Below, in pieces: positions 53,630 through 62,740 of a DNA stretch of 64,000 nt. The notes beneath the pieces were generated by a model, which had not been told where the DNA came from, made no database searches, and worked only from the letters and a program-made list of their open reading frames with translations. The position numbers were made by a program, and so were the translations under genes. The DNA is taken from contig JAOAPC010000003.1 in assembly GCA_025462735.1 (NCBI GenBank), forward strand, positions 144,391-208,390, in the 5' to 3' direction. The DNA comes from Acidobacteriaceae bacterium. Lineage in GTDB: Bacteria; Acidobacteriota; Terriglobia; Terriglobales; Acidobacteriaceae. How positions within the stretch are numbered: the stretch's first letter is position 1; every line of letters begins with the position of its first letter.

Positions 53630-56530
53630 ATGAGTAAGATTCGAATTAACGATCTGGCTAGAGAACTGGAAGTCAAAAGCAAAGCGATTCTTGACGCGTT
53701 GACGGAAGTGGGTGTCACCGAGAAGAAGACGCATTCTAGTTCGCTTGAAGACAATGAAGCGGAAAAAGTACGCGCGCATTTCCAAGGCTCCGGCAACGGC
53801 CAGAGTGGGAAATCAGCTCGCGCTGCCCGGCCCGAGGCGGAGGGCGTAAAGCCCAAGATCGATCTCTCCAACATCTCCAAGCCCGGAGATGTGCTGAAGG
53901 CAATCCTCGCCAAACAGCAAGCCACATCACCGCAGACCGCTCCTCCGTCCCGGCCTGTACCACCGCCGCAGGCTCAGGAAGCAAAGCCAGCTGCGCCTGC
54001 GATGAGACCACCTACGTCCCCCAGCGCTCCGCCAGTAAGCGCGCCTCCGCGAGCAGTTGCTCCAGCCGCACCGCAGAAGCCCGCGGCACCGGCTCCGCCA
54101 ATTTCCGCCGCGCCATCAGTTTCAGTACCTTCAGCTCCTCCGGCAGCGCGCGTTCCTGCGGCTCCGCCGGCTGCTTCGTCCCCGATTAGTTCTGCACCGC
54201 CAGCTCCTGCCGGACAAGCTCAAAGTCCGACGAATCAAGCGCAAGCTCAAAGACCCACAGCGCCACCCGCGCGCCCGCAAGCGCCTGGTCCGCGCATGAT
54301 CGTTCCGCAGACGGGACCGCGCCCGGTTTATCAGGCGCCTCCCAGGCCAGCGCCACCACCGCCGAGAGCGTCCGGGCCGCAGCCAGGACAACCGATACGC
54401 CCAATGCAGGGTCGCCCCGCTCCGGGCAGGCCAGTACCTGGCCAACCAATTTTTCAGCGTCCACGACCGGCCGCCGCAGCTCCAGGAACTCGTCCGCCCA
54501 TGCGTCCCGGCGAACGTCGGCCCATGCATCCCACGCGGCAAGGTTCATCCGGCCCGCGCCCGATTGGAGTCGGCCCAGGTCTTCCACCGCCAGGACAAAC
54601 GCGTCCAGGCAGCCGTCCGGGCGGGCCTGCACGCAGGCCCGGTCAACGCTACGTTCCTCGCGGTGTGAAGGAAGGCCCAATGAAGGGCTTTGTTCCGCCG
54701 CCGCGCCTATCGCTTTCGAACGAGCCGCTGCCCATCACGCGCAACATCACCATCACGGAAGGAATCAGCGTTAAAGATCTTGCTGAGAAGCTCGAGATTC
54801 GCGCAAAAGATCTAATCGCACGGCTGCTGTCCAAGGGCGTGTTCGCGACCATCAATCAAAATCTCGATACCGAGTTGGCCAGCGAGATGGCCCGCTTCTT
54901 TGGCGCCGATACCAACGTCATCAGCTTTGAAGAGCAGGCCGCGAAGGAAGCCGCTGAAACCACCACCACCGAGGAAGGCGCCGCTAGCGAAGGCGTTCCA
55001 CGTCCGCCCGTGGTCACAATCATGGGCCATGTGGACCACGGCAAGACCACGCTGCTCGATTCAATACGTTCAACCAGCGTCGCGGAAGGTGAGGCTGGCG
55101 GGATCACGCAGCACATTGGCGCGTATAAAGTTTCAATGCAGGATAAAGACTCCCCGGCGTACGGGCGCGAGATTGTGTTCCTCGACACGCCCGGCCACGA
55201 GGCCTTTACCCGAATGCGTTCGCGCGGCGCCAAGGCCACGGACATCGTCGTCCTGGTAGTTGCCGCCGATGACGGCGTAATGCCGCAGACCATCGAAGCT
55301 ATTGACCACGCGCACGCCGCCGAAGTTCCGATCATTGTTGCAGTCAACAAAATTGACAAGCCCGGCGCTCTGCCGGACCGGGTAAAGAAACAGCTCGCCG
55401 ATCGCGGACTGATGCCGGAAGACTGGGGCGGCACCACTGTTTTTGTCGATGTGTCAGCGAAGCAGAAAACCAATTTGAACCTGCTGCTCGAAATGATCTG
55501 CCTAGTTGCGGACCTGCAAGAACTCAAGGCGAATCCTGACCGACCGGCGACCGGTGTGGTACTTGAAGCCAAACTCGATCGCGGACGCGGACCCGTTGCC
55601 ACCGTGCTGGCGCAGAACGGCACTTTGCGCACGGGAGACAATTTCGTGGTCGGCAACGTTTACGGAAAAGTTCGCGCCATGTTTGACGATCGCGGCCAGC
55701 AGCTCACCGCGGCGCCTCCGTCTACACCGGTCGAAATTCTCGGCATGGAAGGATTGCCGCAAAGTGGCGATCAGTTCGTAGTTGTCGCCGATCGCGATAA
55801 GGCACGCGGCATCTCTGACTACCGCGAGCAAAAATCTCGTGAAGCCACGCTGGCCAAGACTTCCCGAGTTTCGCTCGAGGGTCTGGCCGAACAGATAAAG
55901 AGCGCCGGCACCAAAGAACTGAACATCATTCTGAAGGGCGATGTCCACGGCTCGATCGAAGTACTGGGCGATCTGCTCGCTAAGATGTCGAACGATAAGG
56001 TTCGCCTGAAGGTGCTGCGATCGGGCGTGGGCGCGATCACCGAAAGCGATGTGCTGCTGGCGTCAGCTTCGAACGCGATCATTATCGGATTCAATGTTCG
56101 TCCTGAACGCAAAGCGCAAGAGCTGGCGGAGCAGGAAGAAGTCGATATCCGCCTGCACTCGATCATTTACGAACTGCAGGACGAGATCAAACGCGCCATG
56201 ACCGGCCTGCTTGAGCCGACGATCAAGGAAACTTATCAGGGCCGCGCCCAGGTGCTCGAAACTTTCCGGATTCCGAAAGTTGGAACAGTCGCGGGTTGCC
56301 GAGTTACCGACGGGCTCCTCAAACGTGACTCTGAGGTACGGCTGCTGCGCGACAACGTGGTCGTGTTCAAAGGGAAGGTCAGCTCGCTGCGGCGCTTCAA
56401 AGACGATGCCAGCCAGGTCACGAATGGCATGGAATGCGGCATCTCCATTGCCAACTACGGCGACATTAAGGCTGGCGACGTAATCGAAGCATTCGTAACT
56501 GAAAAAGTCGCGGCGGAAGTAATGGCGTAG
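53630..56530 (+). CDS. infB: translation initiation factor IF-2 (long Pro/Ala-rich N-terminal region)
   Basis: 966 aa. G-domain [12 protein letters not shown] / DTPGHEAF / NKIDK, with residues about 60-330 being P/A/Q-rich low complexity. Confidence 0.97.
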   Translation: MSKIRINDLARELEVKSKAILDALTEVGVTEKKTHSSSLEDNEAEKVRAHFQGSGNGQSGKSARAARPEAEGVKPKIDLSNISKPGDVLKAILAKQQATSPQTAPPSRPVPPPQAQEAKPAAPAMRPPTSPSAPPVSAPPRAVAPAAPQKPAAPAPPISAAPSVSVPSAPPAARVPAAPPAASSPISSAPPAPAGQAQSPTNQAQAQRPTAPPARPQAPGPRMIVPQTGPRPVYQAPPRPAPPPPRASGPQPGQPIRPMQGRPAPGRPVPGQPIFQRPRPAAAAPGTRPPMRPGERRPMHPTRQGSSGPRPIGVGPGLPPPGQTRPGSRPGGPARRPGQRYVPRGVKEGPMKGFVPPPRLSLSNEPLPITRNITITEGISVKDLAEKLEIRAKDLIARLLSKGVFATINQNLDTELASEMARFFGADTNVISFEEQAAKEAAETTTTEEGAASEGVPRPPVVTIMGHVDHGKTTLLDSIRSTSVAEGEAGGITQHIGAYKVSMQDKDSPAYGREIVFLDTPGHEAFTRMRSRGAKATDIVVLVVAADDGVMPQTIEAIDHAHAAEVPIIVAVNKIDKPGALPDRVKKQLADRGLMPEDWGGTTVFVDVSAKQKTNLNLLLEMICLVADLQELKANPDRPATGVVLEAKLDRGRGPVATVLAQNGTLRTGDNFVVGNVYGKVRAMFDDRGQQLTAAPPSTPVEILGMEGLPQSGDQFVVVADRDKARGISDYREQKSREATLAKTSRVSLEGLAEQIKSAGTKELNIILKGDVHGSIEVLGDLLAKMSNDKVRLKVLRSGVGAITESDVLLASASNAIIIGFNVRPERKAQELAEQEEVDIRLHSIIYELQDEIKRAMTGLLEPTIKETYQGRAQVLETFRIPKVGTVAGCRVTDGLLKRDSEVRLLRDNVVVFKGKVSSLRRFKDDASQVTNGMECGISIANYGDIKAGDVIEAFVTEKVAAEVMA

Positions 56531-56783
56531 GAGCCGTCAGCGATCAGCCATCAGCCGTCGGTTTTGACACTGCTGATGGCAGGCCGGTTTGCTTCGCCGA
56601 AAGTTTTCAGTTGCATTGGTTCAGTGTTTCGCAGAAACAACCCCAGGAATTGTCATTCCGAACCGCTTTAGCCGTGAGGAATCTGCTTTTTGTTCTGGAA
56701 CATCAGATTCCTCCGACCTGAAGGTCCTCGGAATGACAGACTAAAGGGTTCGCTGAAGGCTGACGGCTGAAAGCTGACGGCTC
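56531..56783. repeat. composite element: outer inverted 7-nt arrays (CAGCCGT / GCTGACG) enclosing a GTCATTCCGA palindrome
   Basis: Left arm 56531-56561: gagccgt cagcgat cagccat cagccgt. Right arm 56752-56783: gctgaag gctgacg gctgaaa gctgacg gctc. Confidence 0.8.
56652..56737. repeat. palindromic GTCATTCCGA-type element (two inverted units)
   Basis: GTCATTCCGAACCGCTTTAGCCGTGAGGAATCTGC-(17 nt)-CAGATTCCTCCGACCTGAAGGTCCTCGGAATGAC. Confidence 0.8.
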
Positions 56784-56785
56784 AA

Positions 56786-57073
56786 ATGGTTGCCCTTCTC
56801 ACCCTCGAACTTCACATCGAGCACGCGCAATCCCTCAAAGACAAGCGACAAGTCGTGCGCAGCCTGAAAGATCGATTGCGTGCACATTTCAATGTAGCAA
56901 CCGCTGAACTGGACGCCTCCGGCCTGTGGAACCGCGCTACTGTCGGCGTAGTCAGCGTCTCCGATTCGCGCGACTATCTCGACGGCCTGATGAAAAACGT
57001 CGAACGCCAGGCAATGCGCATTGCGAACAATGCCGGCGCCGAGGTAGCGGATTCGTTTGTGGAGTTCCTGTAG
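56786..57073 (+). CDS. DUF503 domain-containing protein (YlxP-like)
   Basis: 95 aa. LELHIEHAQSLKDKRQVVRSLKDRL... is typical of DUF503, and the gene sits in the usual infB-rbfA position. Confidence 0.85.
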   Translation: MVALLTLELHIEHAQSLKDKRQVVRSLKDRLRAHFNVATAELDASGLWNRATVGVVSVSDSRDYLDGLMKNVERQAMRIANNAGAEVADSFVEFL

Positions 57074-57085
57074 AACTTATGCAAT

Positions 57086-57267
57086 GTCATCCCGAACTCG
57101 CCAAAGGCGAGAGAGGGATCCTACCATGCTTATCTACCAGCAGCAGCGGTTAACGAGATTACCACTGTGAGCTGCGAGCCGTGGGCTTGTCCCGACTACC
57201 GCATTGGGAATTCAAACTGACGTAAGGTCCCTCTCGTGCCCGCCTCAGCGGGCGCATTCGGGATGAC
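57086..57267. mobile_element. MITE-like element (182 bp) with about 45-bp structured terminal inverted repeats GTCATCCCGAA...
   Basis: Left end: GTCATCCCGAACTCGCCAAAGGCGAGAGAGGGATCCTAC. Right end: GTAAGGTCCCTCTCGTGCCCGCCTCAGCGGGCGCATTCGGGATGAC. There is no ORF, and a sibling lies at 61848-62035. Confidence 0.55.
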
Positions 57268-57389
57268 ACCGTTTGAGGGTATAGTCATAAACGCCCAACC
57301 CGCAAAATTCCGATACCCCGCATCATCTGTTTGACAAGCCTACAATCACAATTTCTGATATGCTCATCGGTTTTATTTCGAGGTGAGAT

Positions 57390-57746
57390 GTGGAGCGGCG
57401 CGGACAGAAATATCATCGGGAGCGCCTAGGCGAAGCCCTGCGGGAAGAGATTGAAACCATTGTCGAAGGCGAGCTGGCTGATCCGCGAATTGGCCTTGCA
57501 ACCGTGACTGCTGTGGAACTCGCTCAAGACGGGCGTTCAGCGCGAGTGCTGGTCATGGTGCACGGAAGCGACGAAGAATGCCAGCAAAGTATGGAGGGAC
57601 TGATCGCGGCTTCGGCTTTCATACGCCACGAAGTCGCCGACCGGCTGCATTTGCGGCGCTCTCCCGAATTGCTTTTCATCCTCGACCGTACGGATACATT
57701 CAATGCCCGAGTCGACCAGTTGTTGAAGCGAACGAAGAAAAAGTAA
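57390..57746 (+). CDS. rbfA: ribosome-binding factor A
   Basis: 118 aa. RLGEALREEI..I...ELADPRIG..TVT.VEL..D...A.V. Confidence 0.92.
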   Translation: MERRGQKYHRERLGEALREEIETIVEGELADPRIGLATVTAVELAQDGRSARVLVMVHGSDEECQQSMEGLIAASAFIRHEVADRLHLRRSPELLFILDRTDTFNARVDQLLKRTKKK

Positions 57747-57749
57747 GCG

Positions 57750-58697
57750 GTGGTGCCAATGCTGGACCAGGTTCTAGCCGAGATCGGACGACGTGAACGG
57801 TTTGTGCTCACATCGCACGACCGTGCCGACGGCGATGCCGTGGGATCGAGTTTGGCTTGCCAGGAAATTCTGCGCCGCATGGGGAAACGGGCAGAAGTAG
57901 TTTTGCGACACGGGGTTCCGCGCGTGTACCAGCATCTGCCGTTTGCTGCGAGCGTCATCCAGTCGGAGCGAGTGAATGGCAGCTATGATGCCGCCATCCT
58001 TCTGGAATGCGATAGCGTTCAGCGAACCCGTCTGCAGGGACTCGAGAACCAGTTCTTGATTAACATTGACCATCACAAGAGCGGCCGCCGGTTTGCGCAG
58101 GTGAACTGGATCGATCCGAAAGCGGTGGCTACGGCCGAAATGGTTTACCGTCTGGCGCGGAAAGCAGGAGTAAAAATTTCTCCGGAGATCGCGACCTGTC
58201 TTTATACGGCGGTGCTTACTGACACCGGGGCGTTTATGTTCGAAGGTACAAGCGAGCACACGTTCGAACTGGCGCGTGAGCTGGTGCTCGCCGGAGCTGA
58301 CCCCGCCCGCACCGCACGGCATATTTATTTCGGACATTCAACAGCGAAGATGCGCCTGCTCGGCGCTGCTCTCTCGGCCCTGCAACGCGAAGGCCCGCTG
58401 GCGTGGATATGGGTAACTCAGGAGCAGATGGAGCGTGTGGGCGCGAAAGAGGAAGACTGCGAGGGCCTGGTGAATTACGCTCTGGCCATCGGTGACGTGG
58501 AAGTCGCAGCATTCTTCCGCGAACTTCCTGACGGGCGCTTTCGGGTAAGCCTGCGCAGCAAAGGCCAACTTGATGTTTCGAAGATTGCAGAGGAGTTCGG
58601 CGGCGGCGGCCATATCTGTGCCAGCGGCGCTGCGGTCGATGGGCCATTGCACGCGGCAGTAGAGAGTATCCTCGGCAGAATCAGAGCCATCCAGTAA
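57750..58697 (+). CDS. nrnA: DHH/DHHA1 phosphoesterase (NrnA-like oligoribonuclease / pAp phosphatase)
   Basis: 315 aa. SHDRADGDAVGS, NIDHHKS, GGGHICASGA. Confidence 0.88.
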   Translation: MVPMLDQVLAEIGRRERFVLTSHDRADGDAVGSSLACQEILRRMGKRAEVVLRHGVPRVYQHLPFAASVIQSERVNGSYDAAILLECDSVQRTRLQGLENQFLINIDHHKSGRRFAQVNWIDPKAVATAEMVYRLARKAGVKISPEIATCLYTAVLTDTGAFMFEGTSEHTFELARELVLAGADPARTARHIYFGHSTAKMRLLGAALSALQREGPLAWIWVTQEQMERVGAKEEDCEGLVNYALAIGDVEVAAFFRELPDGRFRVSLRSKGQLDVSKIAEEFGGGGHICASGAAVDGPLHAAVESILGRIRAIQ

Positions 58698-58712
58698 TTT
58701 CCTGTAAGATTT

Positions 58713-58800
58713 TCCTCTGTGAACCTCTGTGTCCTCTGTGGTTGCCGTTTTTCTTTTAACAACAGAGGACACAGAGTTACACAGAGGAAAGCGCACACAG
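58713..58800. repeat. inverted pair of about 9-10-nt periodic arrays (CCTCTGTG / CACAGAGG)
   Basis: tcctctgtg aacctctgtg tcctctgtg ... aacagaggac acagagttac acagaggaaa. The loop contains T5CT4. Located between nrnA and the GT39 gene. Confidence 0.85.
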
Positions 58801-58801
58801 A

Positions 58802-60385
58802 TTGAAGAACAGCTCACGTCTCACCGACTGGCTCCTACTCCTTGCTGTTCCTGCCTTTTTTTTTCTTTGGAACCTTTCATCCTTCGGCCTGATCGGCGCC
58901 GATGAGCCGCGTTACGCGCAAGTCGCACGCGAAATGCTGGCACGGCATGACTGGGTGACTCCAACTCTCGGCGGAATTCCTTGGCTGGAAAAACCGCCGC
59001 TCTACTACTGGCAAGCGACGTTTGCATATCGTTTGTTCGGCGTGAATGATTGGGCAGCGCGGCTGCCTTCGGTCTTCGATGCATTCCTGCTGGTGCTCGC
59101 AGTCTATTGGTTCTTACGCCGCTTCCGGCCTGGCCTCGAACTCGATGGAGCGATAATTGTGGCGACCGCGGCGGGTATTGCCGGCTTCGCGCGCGCCGCT
59201 TCCACTGACATGCCGCTAGCGGCAAGCTTCAGCATTGCAATGCTGGCGTGGTACGCCTGGTTTGAGAGCGGCGAGAAAAAATATCTTGCTGCTTTTTACG
59301 GCTTTCTCGGCCTGGCGATGCTGGCCAAAGGCCCGGTTGCGCCATTCCTGGCGATTGCAGTGATCATAATTTTCGCAGCGCTGCGGAGGAACCCAGGAAT
59401 AGTTCGGAAGACGCTTTGGATTCCAGGAATATTGCTCGGGTGCGCATTCGCTCTGCCCTGGTACGTGCTGGTGCAGTTGCGGAATCCGCAGTTCTTCCAT
59501 GAATTCATCGTCGAGCATAATCTCGCGCGCTTCGGGACCAATCTCTACCATCATCCCCAGCCGTTCTGGTATTACATCCCAGTGACGCTCGTGGGCTGGG
59601 TTCCGTGGTCCATTCTCACCATAGCGGCGCTGGTTGCGGCGGTGCGGCAATTGCGAAGTCCTGCTGGCGACACACTACGATCGTTCTTGTTGATTTGGGT
59701 TGGCGTGATCGTGATCTTTTTTTCGATTTCGCAATCAAAGCTGCCGGGCTACGTTTTGCCCGCAATTCCAGCGGGAGCTCTCCTCGCGGCAGAATTAACT
59801 CGCGACAAATCTTTTGCGACGAAGATCGCAAGCTGGTTGCGGGTAGTGATCGCTTCGGCACATGCGTCTTTGTTGGCATCGCTGGTTTTCGCGGCTTTGG
59901 TTATTCAATATTTGGTGCTTGAGCATCGCGTTCCATGGAATGCTGCCGCTGTTCCGCTGGCGTCAGCAATCGCTATTGCCATCGCGATTTTTGTTCTTCT
60001 TGTGAAATCTGATTTCCGGACGCTGCGAATAGTGACACTTGTCCCCGCGATCGTGGCGCTGGCCGTGGCTTTGCGTTTCGGGGCGCAACCGATCGATGAA
60101 ACTCTCTCCGCGCGCCCGGTGGCGAATGAGTTGGGGAATTTTGATCCTCATCATCTTCCGATCGCGGTGTTCCTGGTGCCACGAGAAACGGAATACGGCC
60201 TGACGTTTTACCGTGACCAGGTAGTTTCCCGCTATGAGTTAGGTCAGATCCCCCAAGGTGAGCACCTGGTGGTTGCCGCTCAAGGATTCCAGAAAGGCGT
60301 CGCAAAAGCTGCCGGCCGAAAAGTTACTTACTTGGGAAATTTCGCGCCACAAAAACTGGATTATTTTTACGTGGCGTCACTTTGA
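58802..60385 (+). CDS. glycosyltransferase family 39 (ArnT/PMT-like) membrane protein
   Basis: 527 aa, polytopic. N-terminal GADEPRYAQVAREM...W.EKPPLYYW is typical of GT39/ArnT. Confidence 0.85.
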   Translation: MKNSSRLTDWLLLLAVPAFFFLWNLSSFGLIGADEPRYAQVAREMLARHDWVTPTLGGIPWLEKPPLYYWQATFAYRLFGVNDWAARLPSVFDAFLLVLAVYWFLRRFRPGLELDGAIIVATAAGIAGFARAASTDMPLAASFSIAMLAWYAWFESGEKKYLAAFYGFLGLAMLAKGPVAPFLAIAVIIIFAALRRNPGIVRKTLWIPGILLGCAFALPWYVLVQLRNPQFFHEFIVEHNLARFGTNLYHHPQPFWYYIPVTLVGWVPWSILTIAALVAAVRQLRSPAGDTLRSFLLIWVGVIVIFFSISQSKLPGYVLPAIPAGALLAAELTRDKSFATKIASWLRVVIASAHASLLASLVFAALVIQYLVLEHRVPWNAAAVPLASAIAIAIAIFVLLVKSDFRTLRIVTLVPAIVALAVALRFGAQPIDETLSARPVANELGNFDPHHLPIAVFLVPRETEYGLTFYRDQVVSRYELGQIPQGEHLVVAAQGFQKGVAKAAGRKVTYLGNFAPQKLDYFYVASL

Positions 60386-60388
60386 TCT

Positions 60389-60710
60389 GTGCCGTCCCTG
60401 ACGGAACTCGTCGCCGCCATCAATCCCTGACCCGGCATTTACATGCCGGGCTTTCACATTCCGCCGCGTTGCGGCTGGTGGTGGGCAGCATCGCGGGGGT
60501 ATGTCCAGGCCGGCTTGGCTGAAGCGCAAAGGGACGCAACGATGCAGAGCCAACGTGAGCCGTCCGTCAACTGGCAACAAGTGTTCAGTCCGTCACGCAA
60601 ACAAATCACGCCACTGTCCCAACCGCAGTGCCGAAGGCACGGTATGCGATAGCCCGGCACGGAACTGCCGGGTTGGCGTCATAGAACACGGAGTCCCGCA
60701 GGGACGGCAC
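60389..60710. mobile_element. possible 322-bp MITE-like structured element
   Basis: The ends GTGCCGTCCCTGACGGAACTC and GAGTCCCGCAGGGACGGCAC are inverted (about 17/21). Internal perfect hairpins are cccggcatttacatgccggg and cccggcacggaactgccggg. Only a single copy is present in the window. Confidence 0.35.
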
Positions 60711-60881
60711 CACCGAGAACACATAGGTGAGTGGGTTGAAATCAATCCTTCCAGCCATCTTTTTAGTTGCCGCTCATTGTTCCCGGGTTTGATACTGCCC
60801 GTTCCCTGCTACTACACTCAGGGGTTGCTGCGCGCGGCTTCGCCCCGGACCTTACCCGTGAGCGTTCTCGCAGGAGTACGA

Positions 60882-61826
60882 GTGGAGATTCTCGACCTCA
60901 GACATTTTTCGTCGGCCGATCTGCGTCCTTTGCTGGACGATGAAATACAGGTGTGGGCGGACCTGCTTTGCTGGGACTACACCGGGTCGGCGGAGATGAT
61001 TCTCCGCTACATGGATGCCAAGTTTCTGCCCGGCTACGCTGCCGTCTCGCGCGGTAAAGTCTTCGGCTACTCGTTTTTCGTCTACGAAAACAATAAAGGC
61101 GTCATCGGAGACCTGTTCGTGCGCGAAGGCGAAAACGGGATGAATCGGGGCGAGGTCGAGCGCCGCCTGCTCACTCATGTGATCGAGACGCTTCAGCAGT
61201 CGCCGGGGGTCCACCGCATTGAAGCGCAATTGCTCGCGCACGACGCGGGATCTGCGTCGAAGCCGTTTGAGGACGAAGGATTCAGCCGGCACGCACGCCT
61301 GTTCATGACCTTGCCATTGGGAACCACACCAAACGGCAACGATAAACTATCTGCGCAATTCGAAATTCGCCGCTGGACAGAGCACGATTATCAGGGCTCG
61401 GCGGGCGTAATCACGGCCGCATACCGCAGTCACGTGGACTCCGAAATCAACGATCAATACCGCACGCTCAGCGGCTCGCTGCGGTTTCTGAACAACATTG
61501 TGCGCTTCCCTGGCTGCGGCACGTTTGATCCGGAGTCGTCGTTCGTAGCGGTGGATAGAGAATCGCGCTCACTGGCCGGTATCATTCTTTGCTCCCGCGT
61601 GCGCCACGACGTTGGGCACGTGACCCAGGTATGTGTGCTGCCGGAGTATCGAGCTTACGGTTTGGGAAGGTTGCTGATGGCGGCCACGATCCGCAATTTG
61701 AAGCAGAGAAAATTCTCCACGCTGTCGCTTACCGTAACCGAGGCCAACAAACGCGCGGTCGAGCTATATCTCCATTTGGGATTTGAAACGAAACGGGTGT
61801 TCGACGCGTTTGTGTGGGAGGGATAG
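60882..61826 (+). CDS. GNAT family N-acetyltransferase
   Basis: C-terminal acetyl-CoA motif QVCVLPEYRAYGLGRLLM...LYLHLGFE. I prefer the GTG at 60882 (AGGAG 5 nt upstream), because the upstream part of track ORF 60501 runs through the repeat element. Confidence 0.75.
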   Translation: MEILDLRHFSSADLRPLLDDEIQVWADLLCWDYTGSAEMILRYMDAKFLPGYAAVSRGKVFGYSFFVYENNKGVIGDLFVREGENGMNRGEVERRLLTHVIETLQQSPGVHRIEAQLLAHDAGSASKPFEDEGFSRHARLFMTLPLGTTPNGNDKLSAQFEIRRWTEHDYQGSAGVITAAYRSHVDSEINDQYRTLSGSLRFLNNIVRFPGCGTFDPESSFVAVDRESRSLAGIILCSRVRHDVGHVTQVCVLPEYRAYGLGRLLMAATIRNLKQRKFSTLSLTVTEANKRAVELYLHLGFETKRVFDAFVWEG

Positions 61827-61847
61827 GAACAGCAAACGCTCAATGGT

Positions 61848-62035
61848 GTCATCCCGAACGCGCCCGCAGAAGCGGGCGGGAGAGAGACCTTACGCTGGAT
61901 TGCGGCGTGCCCGTGCAGTAACCAGGACAAGTCCCGCATTTCCCGCCCACGTGCTAATCCCGTCCACGCCGCTGCTCGCGCCAGAGCATCGTACGGTCCC
62001 TCTCGGACGCGGCGAGCGCGTCCGTTCGGGATGAC
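61848..62035. mobile_element. MITE-like element (188 bp), sibling of 57086-57267
   Basis: Left end: GTCATCCCGAACGCGCCCGCAGAAGCGGGCGGGAGAGAGACCTTAC. Right end: GTACGGTCCCTCTCGGACGCGGCGAGCGCGTCCGTTCGGGATGAC. Confidence 0.55.
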
Positions 62036-62052
62036 AATGCTGAATGTGGTTT

Positions 62053-62087
62053 GGCTAAGAGCCAAAAGCTAAGAGCTAATAGCTGCC
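62053..62087. repeat. 7-nt periodic array (GCTAAGA units)
   Basis: ggctaaga gccaaaa gctaaga gctaata gctgcc. Same unit family as 38338-38372. Confidence 0.75.
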
Positions 62088-62088
62088 C

Positions 62089-62265
62089 TTAGTGCCGCAA
62101 CGCCCACATCACCCAGCCCGCCACAATCAATCCGCCCATGAACATGGCGAAGCAGTAGAGGCCATAGCGGACTTGGTCCCGAGAGGTGTCGCGCACCGTG
62201 ATTCCGAAAACCACGGACGCGAAAATTGAAAACAGCAGGGCTGCGTTGAAGTGAGAAAGGACCAT
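62089..62265 (-). CDS. hypothetical small membrane protein (58 aa)
   Basis: Own translation: MVLSHFNAALLFSIFASVVFGITVRDTSRDQVRYGLYCFAMFMGGLIVAGWVMWALRH*. Its ATG overlaps the upstream TAA (TAATG), suggesting translational coupling. Confidence 0.45.
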   Translation of the reverse strand: MVLSHFNAALLFSIFASVVFGITVRDTSRDQVRYGLYCFAMFMGGLIVAGWVMWALRH

Positions 62266-62693
62266 TAAGGTTTTTTACCAATCGCGATGTGGTACGCATC
62301 GGCCACGCTGATAAAGTTCAGCAGCCCGGCAACAATGATGAACTTGGTTCCGTAGTCTGCAGTGGTGTGCGGCACGACTGTGTGGCCGAGATCCATGGCG
62401 CGGCTCACGATATACATCCCACCGGCGCCCAAGTCGCCGATGAAGCCGAGGATATCGAGAATGTCGCCGCCATTGGGGCGATAGACACGGCCCTCCATCT
62501 TCAGGCCCAGCACAAACATCAGAACGATGGAAGTCATTAAGAGCAGGCCGCGTATCCAGCGCTTCTGGATCAAATGGCCGGCGCCGGGAATGAGCCAGCC
62601 TAAAGCCGGTGCGACCACTGCCATAGTGCTCGGCGAAGCCGCGGGCGGGTTCTTTGCTGAAACAGGATCTCTTCTAGCTGGGGTAGTTGCCAT
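62265..62693 (-). CDS. hypothetical membrane protein
   Basis: 142 aa. ALGWLIPGAGHLIQKRWIRG followed by 3 hydrophobic segments. The family is not securely recognised. Confidence 0.6.
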   Translation of the reverse strand: MATTPARRDPVSAKNPPAASPSTMAVVAPALGWLIPGAGHLIQKRWIRGLLLMTSIVLMFVLGLKMEGRVYRPNGGDILDILGFIGDLGAGGMYIVSRAMDLGHTVVPHTTADYGTKFIIVAGLLNFISVADAYHIAIGKKP

Positions 62694-62740
62694 ATTTAGT
62701 TAAAGGTGGGCCAGGGTGCCTGCCACACAATGGAAAAAAA

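Noticed and set aside
54856-55656. 266-aa minus-strand ORF (similar cases at 44435-45154 and 45172-45762)
   Set aside because: These are antisense to infB, HDOD/cheB and cheB respectively. The sense-strand genes carry unmistakable family motifs.
57331-57361. TTGACA ... TGATAT as an internal sigma-70 promoter for rbfA
   Set aside because: The spacer is 19 nt, which is outside the usual 16-18 nt, and promoter rules for this lineage are uncertain.
60501-60881. N-terminal 127 codons of track ORF 60501..61826
   Set aside because: This stretch runs through the structured repeat block 60389-60710. The GNAT-like sequence and a good SD plus GTG begin only at 60882.
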